From assembly GCF_009914755.1 (NCBI RefSeq), contig NC_060938.1: a stretch of 64,000 nt of DNA; one strand, written 5' to 3'. The position numbers were made by a program, and so were the translations under genes. Source of the DNA: the human T2T-CHM13v2.0 reference genome, Homo sapiens. The notes under the pieces were generated by a model, which did no database searches, had not been told where the DNA came from, and was given only the letters and a program-made list of their open reading frames with translations. Of this stretch, positions 1 through 15,000 are shown one piece after another. Each line of letters starts with the position of its first letter. Position 1 is the first letter of the stretch.

Positions 1-3000
1 CCATCCCATTTGGGTCCATTCCATTCCACTCCATTCAAGTCCATTCCATTCGAGTATATTCCCTTCCATTGCATGCCATTCGAATACATTCCACTGCATT
101 CCATTTCGTTTGAGTCCATTCCATTCCATTTGAGTCCATTCCATTCCATTCCATTCCATTCGAGTACATTCCTTTCCATTACTTTCCATTCAAATCTTTT
201 CCATGGCATTTGAGTCCTTTCCATTCCGTTTGATTCGAATCCATTCCTCTCCATTCCATTTTATTCCATTCATGTCCTTTCCGTTACATTCCACTCCACT
301 CAATTCCCTTCCCTTCCAGTCCATTCCATTCCATCCCATTCCATTCTGTATCTTTCGTGTCCATTCCATTCTATTCCATTTGAATCCATTCTATTCTATT
401 CTCTTCCATTCGAGTCCATTCCATTCCATTCCAATAGAGTCCATACCATTAGTTTACAAACCGGAAAATTTCACTCTATTCCATTTGAGTCCATTCCACT
501 GCATTCCATTCCATTTCATTCGAGTACATTTAATTGCATTCGAGTCCATTCCATTCCATTCCATTCCATTCTATTCGAGTCCATTCCATACCATTACATT
601 CCATTCGACTCGAATCCATTCAACTCCCTTCCATTCCATTGAAACCCAATCAACTCCATTCCAATCGAGTCCATTCTATTCCATTAAATTCAACTAGAGT
701 CCATTTTCCATTCCATTCAAGTCAATTCTATTCCATATCATTCGAGTCCATTCCATTCCTTTCCATTCTAATCCATTCAAGTCCATTCCATTCTATTCCA
801 TTCCATTCCATTCCAGTCCATTCCATTCCATTCTATTTCATTCGATTCCATTCCATTCCATTCCATTCGAGTCCATTCCATTACATTCTATTGCATTCGA
901 TTCCATTCCATTACATTCCACTTGAGTCCATTCCTTTCCATTCCATTCGAGTCCATTCCATTGCAGTCGACTCCATTCCATTCCATTTTATTTGAGTCCA
1001 TTCCAATCAATTCCATTCTATTGCATTCCATTCCATGCCATTCCATTCCGTTCCATTCCATTCCATTCTATTCGAGTCCATTCCATTCCGTTCGCTTCCA
1101 TTCAAGTCTATTCCATTCCATTTCGTTAGTCAATTCCGTTAGATTCCAGTCCAATAAATTCCATTCTATTCTATTTGAGTCCATTCCATTCCATTCCACT
1201 TGAGTCCACTCCATTCAATTCCATTCTCTACTAATCCATTCTGTTCCATTCTATTCCATTCCATTCCATTCCATTCAAGTCCATTCCATTCCCATCCTTT
1301 CGAGTCCATTCTATTCCGTTCCTTACCTTTCAAGTTTATTTCATTCCATTGCATGCCATTCCAGTCCATTCCACTGCATTCCATTTCATTCGAGTCCATT
1401 GCATTCCATTCCACTCGAGTCGATTTTATTGCTTTCCATTCCATTCAGGTCCATTCCATTTCATTTGAGTCCATTCCATTCCTTTCCATTCCATTCGAAT
1501 CCATTCCATTCCATTCCATTCCATTCCAATCCATACGTTTCAGGTACATTCAATTGAACTGCTTTCCATTCGAGTCCATTCCATTCCATTCCACGCCATT
1601 CCATTCCATTCCATTCCATTCGAGTCCATTCCATGCCATTCCATTTGAGTCCATTTCATTCCATTCCATTCCATTCCATTTGAGTTCATTCCATTCCATT
1701 CCAGCCCATTCCATTCGAATCCATTCGTCTCCACACCGTTCAAATCCAAACCATTCCATTAGAGTCCACTCCATTCCTTTGCATTCGAGTCCATTCGAAT
1801 CCACTCTCTTCCATTAGAGTCCATTCCATTCCATTCCATTCGAGTCCATCCCATTCCATTTTATTCCATTTCATTCCATTCCATTGAATTCCAATCCATT
1901 CAATGCCCTTCCATTCCTCTCCATTCCATTCCATTCCATTCCTTTCAATTCCATTTGGGATCATTCCATTCCTGTCCTTTCGATTCCATTCCATTCCATT
2001 CCATTCCATTCCATTCCATTAGAGTATATTCCATTCCAATGCATGCCATTCTACTACATTCTACTGCATTCCATTTCATTCGAGTCCATTCCATCCCATT
2101 TGAGTCCATTCCATTCCATTCGAGTCCATTCCATTCCATTATATTCCATTCGAGTCCATTCCATTGCATTTCAGTCCTATCCATTCCATTCCATTCCATT
2201 CCATTCGAGTCCTTTCCATTGCATTTCAGTCCTATCCATTCCATTTCATTCTAGTCAATTCCTTTCCATTCCATTTTATTCCATTCAATTGCATTCCATT
2301 CTATTCCACTCCGTTCGATTCCTTCCATATCAGTCCATTCCATTCCATCCCATTCCATTCCATACATTTCGTGTTCATTCTATTCCATTCCGTTTGAGTC
2401 CATTCCATTCCATTCTCTTCCATTCGAGTGCATTCCACTCCACTGTCTTCCATTGGAGTCCGTTCCATTCCATTCCATTAGATTCCATACCATTAGATTT
2501 CAATCCGGAAAATTCCATTCTATTCCATTTGAGTCCTTTCCATTGCATTCCATTCCATTCCATTCGAGTACACTCCGTTGCATTTGAGTCCATTCCATTC
2601 CATTCCATTCCATTCCATTCCATTTCATTCCATTCCATTCCTTTTGAGTCCGTTTCATTCCATTACATTCCATTTGTTTCGACTCCATTTAGTCCATTCC
2701 AAACCACTACATTCTGTTCCACTCGAATCCATTCAATTCCCTTCCATTCCATTGAACCCCTTTCCACTCCATTCCACTCCATTCCAATCAAGTCCATTCT
2801 ACTCCATTAAATTCAACTAGATTCCATTCCATTCCATTTGATTCCATTCTATTCCACGTCATTAGAGTCCATTCCATTCCTTTCCATTCTATTCCACTCA
2901 AGTCCATTCCATTGCTTTCCATTCCATTCCATTCCTGTTGATTCCATTCGAGTCCATTCCATTCCATTCTATTGCATTTGAGTCCATTCCATTCCATTCC

Positions 3001-6000
3001 ATTTGAGTCCATTCCATTCCGTTCCATTCTATTCCATTCCATTCGACTCCATTCCATTCCATTTCATTAGAGTCCATTCCTTTCCATTCCGTTCTATTGC
3101 ATTCAACTCTATTCCATTCCATTCCATTCCATTCCATTCGAGTCCATTTCATTCCATTTCAGTAGAGTCAATTCCGTTAGACTCCAATCCAGTAAATTCC
3201 ATTCTCTTCCATTCAAGTCCATTCCATTCCATTCCACTTGAGTCTACTCCATACAATTCCATTCTATTCCAATCCATTCTGTTCCATTCTATTCTATTCC
3301 ATTACATTCCATTCCATTCGGATCCATTCCATTACCTTCCATTCGAATCCATTCCATTCCATTCGAGTTTATTCCATTCCATTTCATGTCATTCCAGTCG
3401 ATTCCACTGCATTCCATTTCATTCGGCTCCATTCCATTCCATTCCATTCGAATCGACTCTAATCCATTCCATTTCATTTGGGTCCATTATATTTCATTCC
3501 AGTCCATTCCATTCCATTCCATTCCATTCCTTTTCATTCAATTCCATTCCATTCCATTCCATTCCATTCCATTCGAGTCCATTCCATGCCATTCCATTTG
3601 AGTCCGTTTCATTCCATTCCGTTGCATTCCACTCGTGTTCATTCCATTCCATTCCAGTCCATTCCATTCGAATCCATTCGTCTCCACACCGTTCGAATCT
3701 AAACCATTCCATTCGAGTCCATTCCAATCCACTCTCTTCCATTAGAGTCCATTCCATTCCATTCGTGTCCATCCCATTCCATTTTATTCCATTTCATTCC
3801 ATTCCATTCCATTCTAATCCATTCAATGCCCTTCTATTCCTCTCCATTCCATTCCTTTCAATTCCATTCGGGTCCATTCCATTCCTGTCCATTCGATTCC
3901 ATTCGATTCGATTCCATTCCATTCCATTCCATTAGAGTGTATTCCATTCCAATGCATGCCATTCTACTACATTCCACTGCATTCCATTTCATTCGAGTCC
4001 ATTCCATTCCATTTGAGTACATTCCATTCCATTCCATTCGAGTCCATTCCATTCCATTATATTCCATTCCAGTCCATTCCATTGCATTTCAGTCCTATCC
4101 ATTCCATTCCATTCCATTCGAGTCCATTCCATTGCATTTCAGTCTTATCCATTCCATTTCATTCTAGTCCATTCCTTTCCATTCCATTTTATTCCATTCA
4201 AGTCCATTCCATTCTATTCCACTCCGTTCCATTCCGTCCATTCCAATCCATTCCATTCCATCCCATTCCATTCCATACATTTTGTGTCCATACCATTCCA
4301 TTCCGCTTGAGTCCATTCCATTCCATTCTCTTCCATTCGAGTCCATTCCATTCCATTCTCTTCCATTTGAGTCCATTCCATTCCATTTGAGTCCATACCA
4401 TTAGATTTCAATCCGGACAATTCCATTCTATTCCATTTGAGTCCTTTCCATTCCATTCCATTCGAGTACATTCCATTGCATTCGATTTCATTCCATTCCA
4501 TTCCAATCCATTAAATTATATTCAATTCCATTCCATTTCATTCCATTCCATTCCATCCCATTCCTCTCGAGTCCATTTCTTTCCATTCCATTCCATTTCC
4601 TTCCACTCCATTTGAGTCCATTCTATACCATTACATTCCGTTCTACACGAATCCATTCAATTCCCTTCCATTCCATTGAAACCCATTCCACTCCATTCCA
4701 CTCCATTCCAATCGAGTCCATTCTATTCCATTAAAATCAACTAGAGTCCATTCCATTCCATTTGATTCCATTCTATTCCATGTCATTTGAGTCCATTCCA
4801 TTCCTTTCCATTCTCTTCCACTCAAGTCCATTCCATTGCATTCCATTTTATTCCATTACACTCCATTCCATTCCATTCCATTCCATTCTATTGCATTTGA
4901 GTCCATTTCATTCCATTCCATTTGAGTCCATGCCATTCCTTTCCATTTGAGTCCATTCCATTCTGTTCCATTCTATTCCATTCCATTCGTCTCCATTCCT
5001 TTCCATTCCGTTCTATTACATTCAACTCTATTCCATTCCATTCCATTCCATGCCATTCCATTCCATTCCATTCGAGTCCATTCCACTCCATTTCAGTAGA
5101 GTCAATTCCGTTGGATTCCAATCCAGTAAATTCCATTCTATTCCATTCGAGTCCATTCCATTCCATTCCACTTGAGTCCACTCCTTTCAATTCCATTCTA
5201 TTCCAATCCATTCTGTTCCATTCTATTCTATTCCATTACATTCCATTCCATTCGGGTCCATTCCATTACGTTCCATTCGACTCCATTCCATTCCATTCGA
5301 GTTTATTCCATTCCATTTCATGCCTTTCCAGTCGATTCCACTGCATTCCATTTCATTCGGGTCCATTCCATTCCATTTCATTCAAATCGACTCTATTCCA
5401 TTCCATTTCATTCGGGTCCATTCTATTTCATTCCATTCCATTCCATTTCTTTCCATTCCATTCGAGTCCTTTCCATGCCATTCCATTTGAGTCCATTTCA
5501 TTCCATTCCATTCGAATTCATTCCATTCCATTCCAGTCCATTCCATTCGCATCCATTCGGCTCCACTCCGTTTGAGTCCATACCATTCCATTTGACTCCA
5601 TTCCATTCCATTTCATTCAAGGCCATTCCAATCCACTCTTTTTCCATTTGAGTCCATTCCATTCCATTCGAGTCCATCCCATTCCATTTAATTCCATTCG
5701 AGTCCATACCATTCCATTCCATTCGAGTCCATTCCATTCCATTCCATTCGAGTCCATTCCATTGGTTTCCAATCCAGTAAATTCCATTCTATTCCATTCG
5801 AGGCCATTCCATTTCATTTCATTCCATTCGACCGCATTCCATTCCGTTTGAGTCCATTCCTTTCCATTCCATTCTATTCCAATCAATTCCATTCCAATCT
5901 ATTCCATTCAAGTCCATTCCATTCCATTCCATTCCTCTCCATTCCATTCCATTCCTCTCCATTCCTCTCCGTTGCATTCCATTCCATTCCACTCCATTCC

Positions 6001-9000
6001 ATTCCATTTGGGTACATTCTATTTCAATAGAGTCCACTCCATTCCATTCCATTGGATGCCATTACATACCATTCCCTTCGAGTCCATTCCATTCGAGTCC
6101 ATTCCATTCCTTTCCATTCCTTTCGAGTTTATTCCATTCCTTTACATTCCATTTGGGTCCATTCCATTACATTCCATTCGAGTCCATTCCATTCCAATCC
6201 ATTCCATTCCATTCTATTGCATTCCATTCCTTTCCATTCCATTCTTTTCCATTCCATTCCATTCCATTCCTTTCCATTCCTGTCCTTTTACTTACATTCC
6301 ATTCCATTCGAGACTATTAAACTCAATTCCATTCTAATCCATTCCGTTCCACTCCATTCTATTCTTTTTCATTCAAGTCCATTCCATTTCATTCCATTCG
6401 ATTCCATTCCATTCTATTGCATTCAAGTCCATTCCATTCAATTCATTTAGAGTCCATTTCACTAAATTGCAATCTATTCCATTTGATTCCATTCCATTCC
6501 ACTCGTGGCCTTTCCATTCCATTGCATTCCGTTCCATTCCATTCCTTTTGAATTCATTCCATTCCCTCCCATTCTATTCCATTCAAATCCATTCCAATCC
6601 ATACCATTCCATGTTATTGCATTCCATTCCATTCCATTCGTGTCCATTGTATTCTATTTAATTCCATTCCATTCGAGTCTATTCCATTCTATTCCATTCG
6701 AGACCATTCCATTCCAATAGATTCTATTCATTTAAATTCCATTGTATTCCATTCGAGTCCATTTCATTCCATTCCATTCCATCCCATTCAAGTCCATTCC
6801 ATTCCATTCCATTCTATTCCATTCTGTTCCATTCCTTTCGGATCCATTCAATTCAACTGCATTTCATTCTAGTCCATTCCATTCCATTCCATTCCATTCC
6901 ATTAGAGTCCATTCAATTCCATTCTATCCCATTAGAGTCCATTTCGTTCCATTCCATTCCATTCCATTCCATTCCATTCCATTCCATTCCATTCCATTCC
7001 ATTCCACTCGAGTCATTTTCATTCCATTCCATTCCCTTCGAGACCATTTCATTCCATTGGATTCCATTCCATTCCCTTCCATTCGAGTCGGTTCCCTTCC
7101 TTTCCATTCCTATCGAGTCCATTCCATTCCTTTCAATTCCTTTCAAGTCCATTCAATTCCGTTCCGTAACATTTGAATCCATTCCGTTCCATTAGAATCC
7201 ATTGCATTAAATTTGACTCCATTCTATTCCATTTCATTCTAGTCCCTTTGATTGCATTCCATTCCATTCCATTCGAGTCCATTACATACCATTACATTCC
7301 ATTAGACTCGAGTCCATTCAATTCCATTCCATTCCATTTGAATCCATTAAACTCCATTCTATTCGAGTCCATTCCATTCCATTCGAGTCCTTCCATTCCA
7401 TTCCTCTCGTGTTCATTGCATTCCATTCAAGTCCTTTCCATTCCACTTCATTCCAGTTCATTCCTTTCCATTGCATTGTATTCCATTTAAGTCCATTCCA
7501 TTCCAGTCCATTCCATTTCACTCTATTCCATTCCATTCGTGTCCATTCCATTCCATTCCATTCGAGCCCAATCCTTTCCATTATATTCTATTCGAGTCTA
7601 TTCCATTCCATTCCACTTGAGTCCATTCCATTCCATTCCATTGGAGTCCATTCCATTCCAATACATTCCATTCGAATCCATTGCATTACTTTCAAGTCCT
7701 TTCCATTCCATTTAATTCGAGTCCATTCCCTTCTACTCCATTGTACTGCATTCAAGTCCTTTCCTTTCCATTCCAGTCCATTCCATTCCATTCCGTTCCA
7801 TTCCATTCCATTCCGTTTCATTCCTTTCCATTCGTGTCCATTCAATTCGATTCCATTTGAGTAAATTCCATTCTATTCCATTCTGTTCCATTCAAGTACA
7901 TTCCATTCCATTCCATTCCATTCCATTCCATTCTGTTCCATTCGATTTGATTCCATTCCATTCCATTCCATTATATTCGAGTCCATTGCATTGCATTTGA
8001 ATACTTTCCTTTTAATTTCATTCGTGTCCATTCCATTCCATTCAATTCTATTTCATTCAAGTCCATTGCGTTCCATTCCAATCAATTCCATTCCCTTCCA
8101 TTCCAGTCCATTCCATTCCATCCAATTCCATTCCATACGTTTCATGTCCATTCCATTCCTTTCCATTGAAGTCCATTCCATTCCATTCTATTCCATTCGA
8201 GGACATTCCATTCCACTCCATTAGAGTCCATAACATTAGATTCCAATCCAGTAAATTCCACTCAAATACATTCGAGTCCATTCCATTGCATTCCATTCCA
8301 TTCCATTGGAGTCCATTCCACTGCATTCAAGACCATTCCATTTCTTTCAATTCCAATCCATTCCATTCCATTCTATTGAATTCCATTCCATTCCATTCCA
8401 TTCCATTCCTCTCCATTCCATTAAATTCCATTCCACTCAATTCCATTCCACTCAAATCCATTCCATTCCATTACGGTCCATTCCATTCCATTCGAGTCCA
8501 TTCCATTCGATTCGAGTCCATTCCACTCCATTCCTTTCTAGTCCATTCCATTCAATTCAAATCCATTCAATTCCATTCGAATTCCTTTCGAATCCATTCC
8601 ACTCCATTCCATTTGGGTCCATTCCATTATATTCCAATCCATTCGAGTCCATTACTTTCTATTCCATTCTAGTCAATTCCATTCGATTCCATTCGAATCC
8701 ATTCCACTCCATTGCATCTGAGTCCACTCCAATTCATTCCATTCCAGTCGAGTCAATTCTATTCCATTCCAATTCATTCGAGTCTATTCCATTCGTTTCC
8801 AATCTATTCCATTCAAGTCCATTCCTTTCCATTCCATTCCACTCCATTCCATTCCATTACACTCCATTCCATTCCATTCCATTACTTTCCATTCGATTCC
8901 ATTACAGTCCATTCCATTCCATTCCATTACTTTCCATTCGTGTCCATTCCATTCCATTCGAGTCCATTCTATTCCATTCGAGTCCATTCCATTCCACTTG

Positions 9001-12000
9001 AGTCCATTCCATTGCATTCCATTCCATTCGAGTCCATTCTATTACAATACATTTGAGTCCATTACATTCCATTCAAGTGCATTCTTTTCCATTTCCTTCG
9101 AGTCCATTCCATTCCCTTCCATTCTATTCCATTCAAGTCCATTCCGTTCCATTCCAATCCATTCCATTCCATGCCATTCATATACATTCCACTCCATTCC
9201 ATTCGAGTCCACTGCACTCTATTCAATTCCATTGGAATCCATTCCTTTCGATTCCATTAGATTCCATTCCATTCCATTCCATTTGAGTGCATTCCATTCC
9301 ATACTATTCCATTTCACTCAAGTTGTTTCCTTTGAATTCCTTTCCATTAGAATCCATTCCATTCCTTTCCATTCTATTCCACTCCATTCGAGTCCATTCC
9401 CTTCCATTCCATTCGAGTCCATTCCATTCCATTCCATTACATTTCATTCCATTTGAGTCCATTCCATTCCATTCGGGTCAATTCCATTCCGTACCTTTTC
9501 CATTCCATTCCATTCCATTCCATTCCATTAATTTGGGTCCATTACATTTCATTCCATTAGAGTCCTTTCCATTACATTCCATCTCATTCAAGTCCATTCT
9601 CTTCCATTCCATTCCATTCGAGTCCATTCCATTCCATTCCATTAGAGTCCTTTCCACTCCATTCCATCCCAATCAATTCCATTCCGTCCCATTCCATTCC
9701 ATTCTATTCCATTCCGTTCCATTCTTTTCGGATCCTTTCAATTCAACTGCATTCCATTCCATTCCAGTCCATTCCATTCTATTCCATACCATTCCATTCC
9801 ATTAAAGTCCATTCAATCCCATTCTATCCCATTAGAGTCCATTGTATTCCATTCCATTCCACTCTAGTCGTTTTCATTCCATTCCATTCCCTTCAAGACT
9901 ATTTCATTCCTTTGGAGTCCATTCCATTCCCTTCCATTCGAGTCCATTCCATTCCTTTCCATTCAATTCCATTCCATTCCTTTTGAGTCCATTCTATTTT
10001 GTTCAATTCCTTTCGATTCCAGTCAATTCCATTCCATACCATTTGAGTCTATTCCATTCCATTACAATCCATTGCATTAAATTCGAGTACATTTCATTCC
10101 ATTCCATTTCATTTGAGTCCCTGTCATTGCATTCCATTCCATTAAATACGAGTCCATTCCATACCATTACTTTCCGTTCAACTCGAGTCCATTCAATTCC
10201 ATTCCATTCCATTCGAATCCATTCCACTCCATTCCGTTCGAGTCCATTCCATTCCATTCCTTCCTGTTCTTTTCCATTCTATTCAATTGAATTCCATTCC
10301 ATTCTTTCGAGTCCATTCCATTCCATTCCACTCGTGTCCATTCCATTCCATTCAAGTCCATTCCATTCCATTTCATTTGAGTCCATTCCTTTCCATTCCA
10401 TTCTATTCCATTTAAGTCCATTCCATTCCTTTACAGTCCATTCCATTTCACCCTATTCCATTCCATTCATGTCCATTCCATTCCACTCGAGCCCAATCCT
10501 TTCCATTATATTCCATTTGAGTCTACTCCATTCCAATCCTGTTGAGTTCATTCCATTCCATTCCATTCGAGTCCATTCCAATCCATTACATTCCATTCGA
10601 GTCCATTCCATTGCTTTCAAGTCCTTTCCATTCCATTTCATTCGAGTCCATTCCCTTCCACTCCATTGTATTCCATTTAAGTCCATTGCTATCCATTCCA
10701 GTCAATTCCATTCCATTCCGTGCCATTCCTTTCCATTCCATTCCATTCCATTCTTGTCCATTCAATTTCATTCCATTCGTGTACATTCCATTCCATTCCA
10801 TTCTGTTCCATTCGAGTCCATTCCATTCAATTTGAGTCCATTCCATTCCATTCCACTTGAGTCCATTCCATTCCATTCGAGTCCATTCCATTCCATTCGT
10901 GTCATTTCCACTCCATTCCTTTCGAGTCCATTCCATTCCATTCCATTCCATTCGTGTCCATTCAATTCCATTCGAATTCCTTTCGATTCCATTTAACTTC
11001 ATTCCATTTGAATCCATTCCATTATATTCCAATCCATTCGAGTCCATTCCTTTCTATTCCATTCTAGTCAATTCTATTCCATTCCTTTCGTTTGCATTCC
11101 ACTCCATTCCACTTGAGTCCATTCCATTTCATTCCATTCCAGTCAAGTCAATTCCATTCCATTAGATTATGTTCCATTCCAATTCATTCGTGTCTATTCC
11201 ATTCGTTTCCAATCTATTCCATTCAAGTCCATTCCTTTCCATTCCATTCCATTACCTTCCATTCCATTGCATTGCATTCGATTCCATTACAGTCCATTCT
11301 ATTCCATTCCATTACTTTCCATTCATGTCTATTCCATTCCATTCTATTCCGTTCCATTCTATTACATTCGAGTCCATTCCATTCCATTCCACTTGAGTCC
11401 GTTCCATTCCATTCCACTTGAGTCCATTCCATTCCATTCCATTCCTTTTGAGTCCATTCCATTCCAATCCATTGGAGTCCATTCCATTCCATTCGAGTCC
11501 ATTATTTTCCATTTCATTCTAGTCCATTCCATTCCTTTCCATTCTATTCCATTCAAGTCCATTCCATTCCATTCCATTCCAATCCATTCCATTACGTTCA
11601 TATCCATTCCACTCCGTTCCATTAGAGTCCATTCCACTCCATTGCATTCCATTGGAGTCCATTCCTTTCTATTCCATTAGTGTCAATTCCATTCTATTCC
11701 ATTTGAGTGCATTCCATTCCATACCATTCCATTTCACTCTAGTTGTTTCCATTCCATTCTATTCGTGTCCATTACATTCCTTTCCATTCTATTCAATTTC
11801 ATTCGAGTCCATTCCATTCCTTTCATTTCTATTCCATACAAGTATATTCCGTTCCATTCCATTCCATTCCATTCCATTCCATTCCATTCCATTCGACTCC
11901 ATTCCATTAAATTCCTTTCGAGTCTATTCCATTACCTTCTATTGCACTCGAAGCTATTTATTTCCATTCCCCTTGAGTCCATTCCATTCCATTCGAGTCC

Positions 12001-15000
12001 ATTCCATTCTATTCGACTCCATTCCATTCCATTTCATTCGAGTCCATTCCATTCCATTCCTTTCCATTCCATTTCATTCCCTTTGAATCCATTCGATTCC
12101 ATTTGATTCCATTCGAGTCCATTCGTTTGCATTACATTTGAGTCCATTCCATTAGACTCCAATACAGTAAATTCCTTTCTATTCCATTCGAGTCCATTCC
12201 ATTACATTCCATTTGAGTCCATTCCATTCCATTCCATTATATTCCAATCCATGTCATTCCATTCTGTTAAACTCTATTCCATTCCTTTCCATTCCATTCG
12301 TGTCCATTCCATTACATTAGAGTCCATTCCATTCCATTCCATTCCATTTGAGTCTATTCCTTTCCATTGCATGCGATTCCAGTCCATTCCACTGCATTCC
12401 ATTTCATTCGAGTCCATTCCATTCCATTGCACTCGAGTCAATTACATTCCATTACATTTCGTTTGGGTCCATTCCATTTCATTTGAGTCCATTCTGTACC
12501 GTTCCATTCCATTCGAGTGCATTTCATTCCTTTCTTTTCCATTCCATTCCATTCCTTTCCTTTCAGGTCCATTCAATTCAACTGCATTCCATTTGAGTCA
12601 TTTCCATTCTATTCCATGCCATTCCATGCCACTCCATACCATTCCACTCGAGTCCATTGCATTCCATTCCATTCCATTCGAGTACATTTCATTCCATTAC
12701 ATTCCATTCCATTCGAGTTCATTCCATTTCTTTACATTCCATTCCATTCCAGTCCATTCAATTCCATTCCATTATATTCGAGTCCCTTCGGCTCCATTCC
12801 ATTCGATTCCATTCCGTTCCATTCCATTGCATTCCTTCCATTCCATTCCATTCCATTCCTTCCATTCCATTCCTTTCGAGAACAATCCATTTCATTCCAT
12901 TCAATTCGAGTACATTCCATTCCATTCCATTCCATTCCTTTCGGGTACATTCCATTCAATTCCTTTAGACTCAATTCCATTCCATTCCATTCCATTCGAG
13001 TCCATTCCATTCAGTTTGAGTCGATTCCATTCCATTCCATTCGTGTCCATTCCCTTCCATTCGAGTCCTTTCCATTCTATTCCACTACATTCCATTCGAG
13101 TCTATTCCATTCCATTGCATTCCTTTTGAGTCCATTTCATTCCATTTCATTCCATTCCATTCCATTCCAATCCATTCCATTCCAATCCATTCCATTGCTT
13201 TCGTGTCCATTCAAATTAACTGCATTCCATTCCAGTCCATTCAATTTCATTCTAGTCCATTCCATTAAATTTCATTTGAGTATATTCCATTGCATTCCAA
13301 TCCATTCGAGTCTATTCCTTTCCATTCCATTCTAGTCCATTCCATTCCATTCCATTAGAGCATATTCAATTTAATTCCATTGTATTCCATTCGAGTGCAT
13401 TCCATTACATTCTGTTCCATTTGCGTCCATTCCATTCCGTTCGAATCCATTCCATTCCATTATTTTCGAGTCCATTCCAATCCATTCCATTCTATTCCAT
13501 TCAAGTCCGTTCCTTTCCATACCATTCCATTCCATTCCAGTCCATTCCATTGCATTCCATTCTGGTCCATTCTTTTCCATTCCATTCCACTCCATTCCAT
13601 TCCGTTCCATTCCCTTTCATTCCATTCCATTCGTGTCCATTACATTCCATTCAAGTCCATTCCATTCCATATCATTCTATTCCATTCCATTCCATTTGGG
13701 TCCATTCCATTCCATTCCATTAGACTCCTGTCCATTCCTTTACATCCCATTCAAGTCCATTCTGTTCCATTCCATTCCATTCCATTCCATTCCATTCCAT
13801 TCCATTTCATTCTATTCCAGTCCATTCCATTCCATTCTTTTCAGATCCATTCAATTCAACTGCATTCCATTCCAGCGCATTCCATTCCATTCCATTCCAT
13901 TAGAATCCATTCAATTCCATTCTATCCCATTAGAGTCCATTCCATTCCATTCAATTCCATTTGAGTCGCTTTCATTCCATTCAATTACCTTCGAGACCAT
14001 TCCATTCCATTGGAGTCCATTCCATTCCATTGTATTCCATTCCACTCCATTCCATTCCATTCCACTCCATTCCATTCCATTCTTTTCCTTTCGAGTCCAT
14101 TCCATTCCATTCCATTCCATTCCTTTCGAGTCAATTCAATTCTACTGCATACCATTTGGGTCCATTCCATTCCATTCCATTCCATCACATTTAATTCGAG
14201 TTCATTCCATTGCATTCCATTTCATTCGAGTCCCTTTGATTCCATTCCATTCCATTCCATTCCATTCGAGCCCATTCCTTACCATTACATTCCATTCAAC
14301 TCGAGTCCATTCAATTCCATTCCATTCCATTCGAATCCATTCCACTTCATTCCATTCGATTCAATTCCATTCCACTTGAGTCCATTCCAATCCATTCCAC
14401 TCGTGTCCATTCCATTCGAATCCATTCCATTCCATTTCATTTGAATCCATTCCCTTCTATTCCATTCTACTCCATTCAAGTCCATTCCATTCCATTCTAT
14501 TCTAGTCCATTCCATTCCATTCGAGCCCATTCCATTCCATTATATTCCATTCGACTCTATTCCATTCCATTCCTCTTGAGTCCATTCCATTCCATTCCAT
14601 TCGAGCCCATTCCAATCCATTACATTTCATTCAAGTCCATTCCATTGCTTTCAAGTCCTTTGCATTCAATTTCATTCGAGTCCATTCCATTCCACTCCAT
14701 TCTATTCCATTCAAGTCCATTCCTTTCCTTTCCACTCCATTCCATTCCAGTCCATTTCATTCCATTCCATTCCATCCCATTCCATCCTATTCCATCCCAT
14801 TCCATTCCATTCCACTTCATTCCCTTCCATTCATGTCCATTCAATTCCATTCCATTCGAGTACATTCCATTCCATTCCATTCTATTCCATTAAAGTCAAT
14901 TCCATTCCATTCCAATCCATTCCTTTCCATTCCATTCCAGTCCGTTCCATTCCATCCCATTGCATTCCATACATTTCATGTCCATTCAATTCCATTCCTT

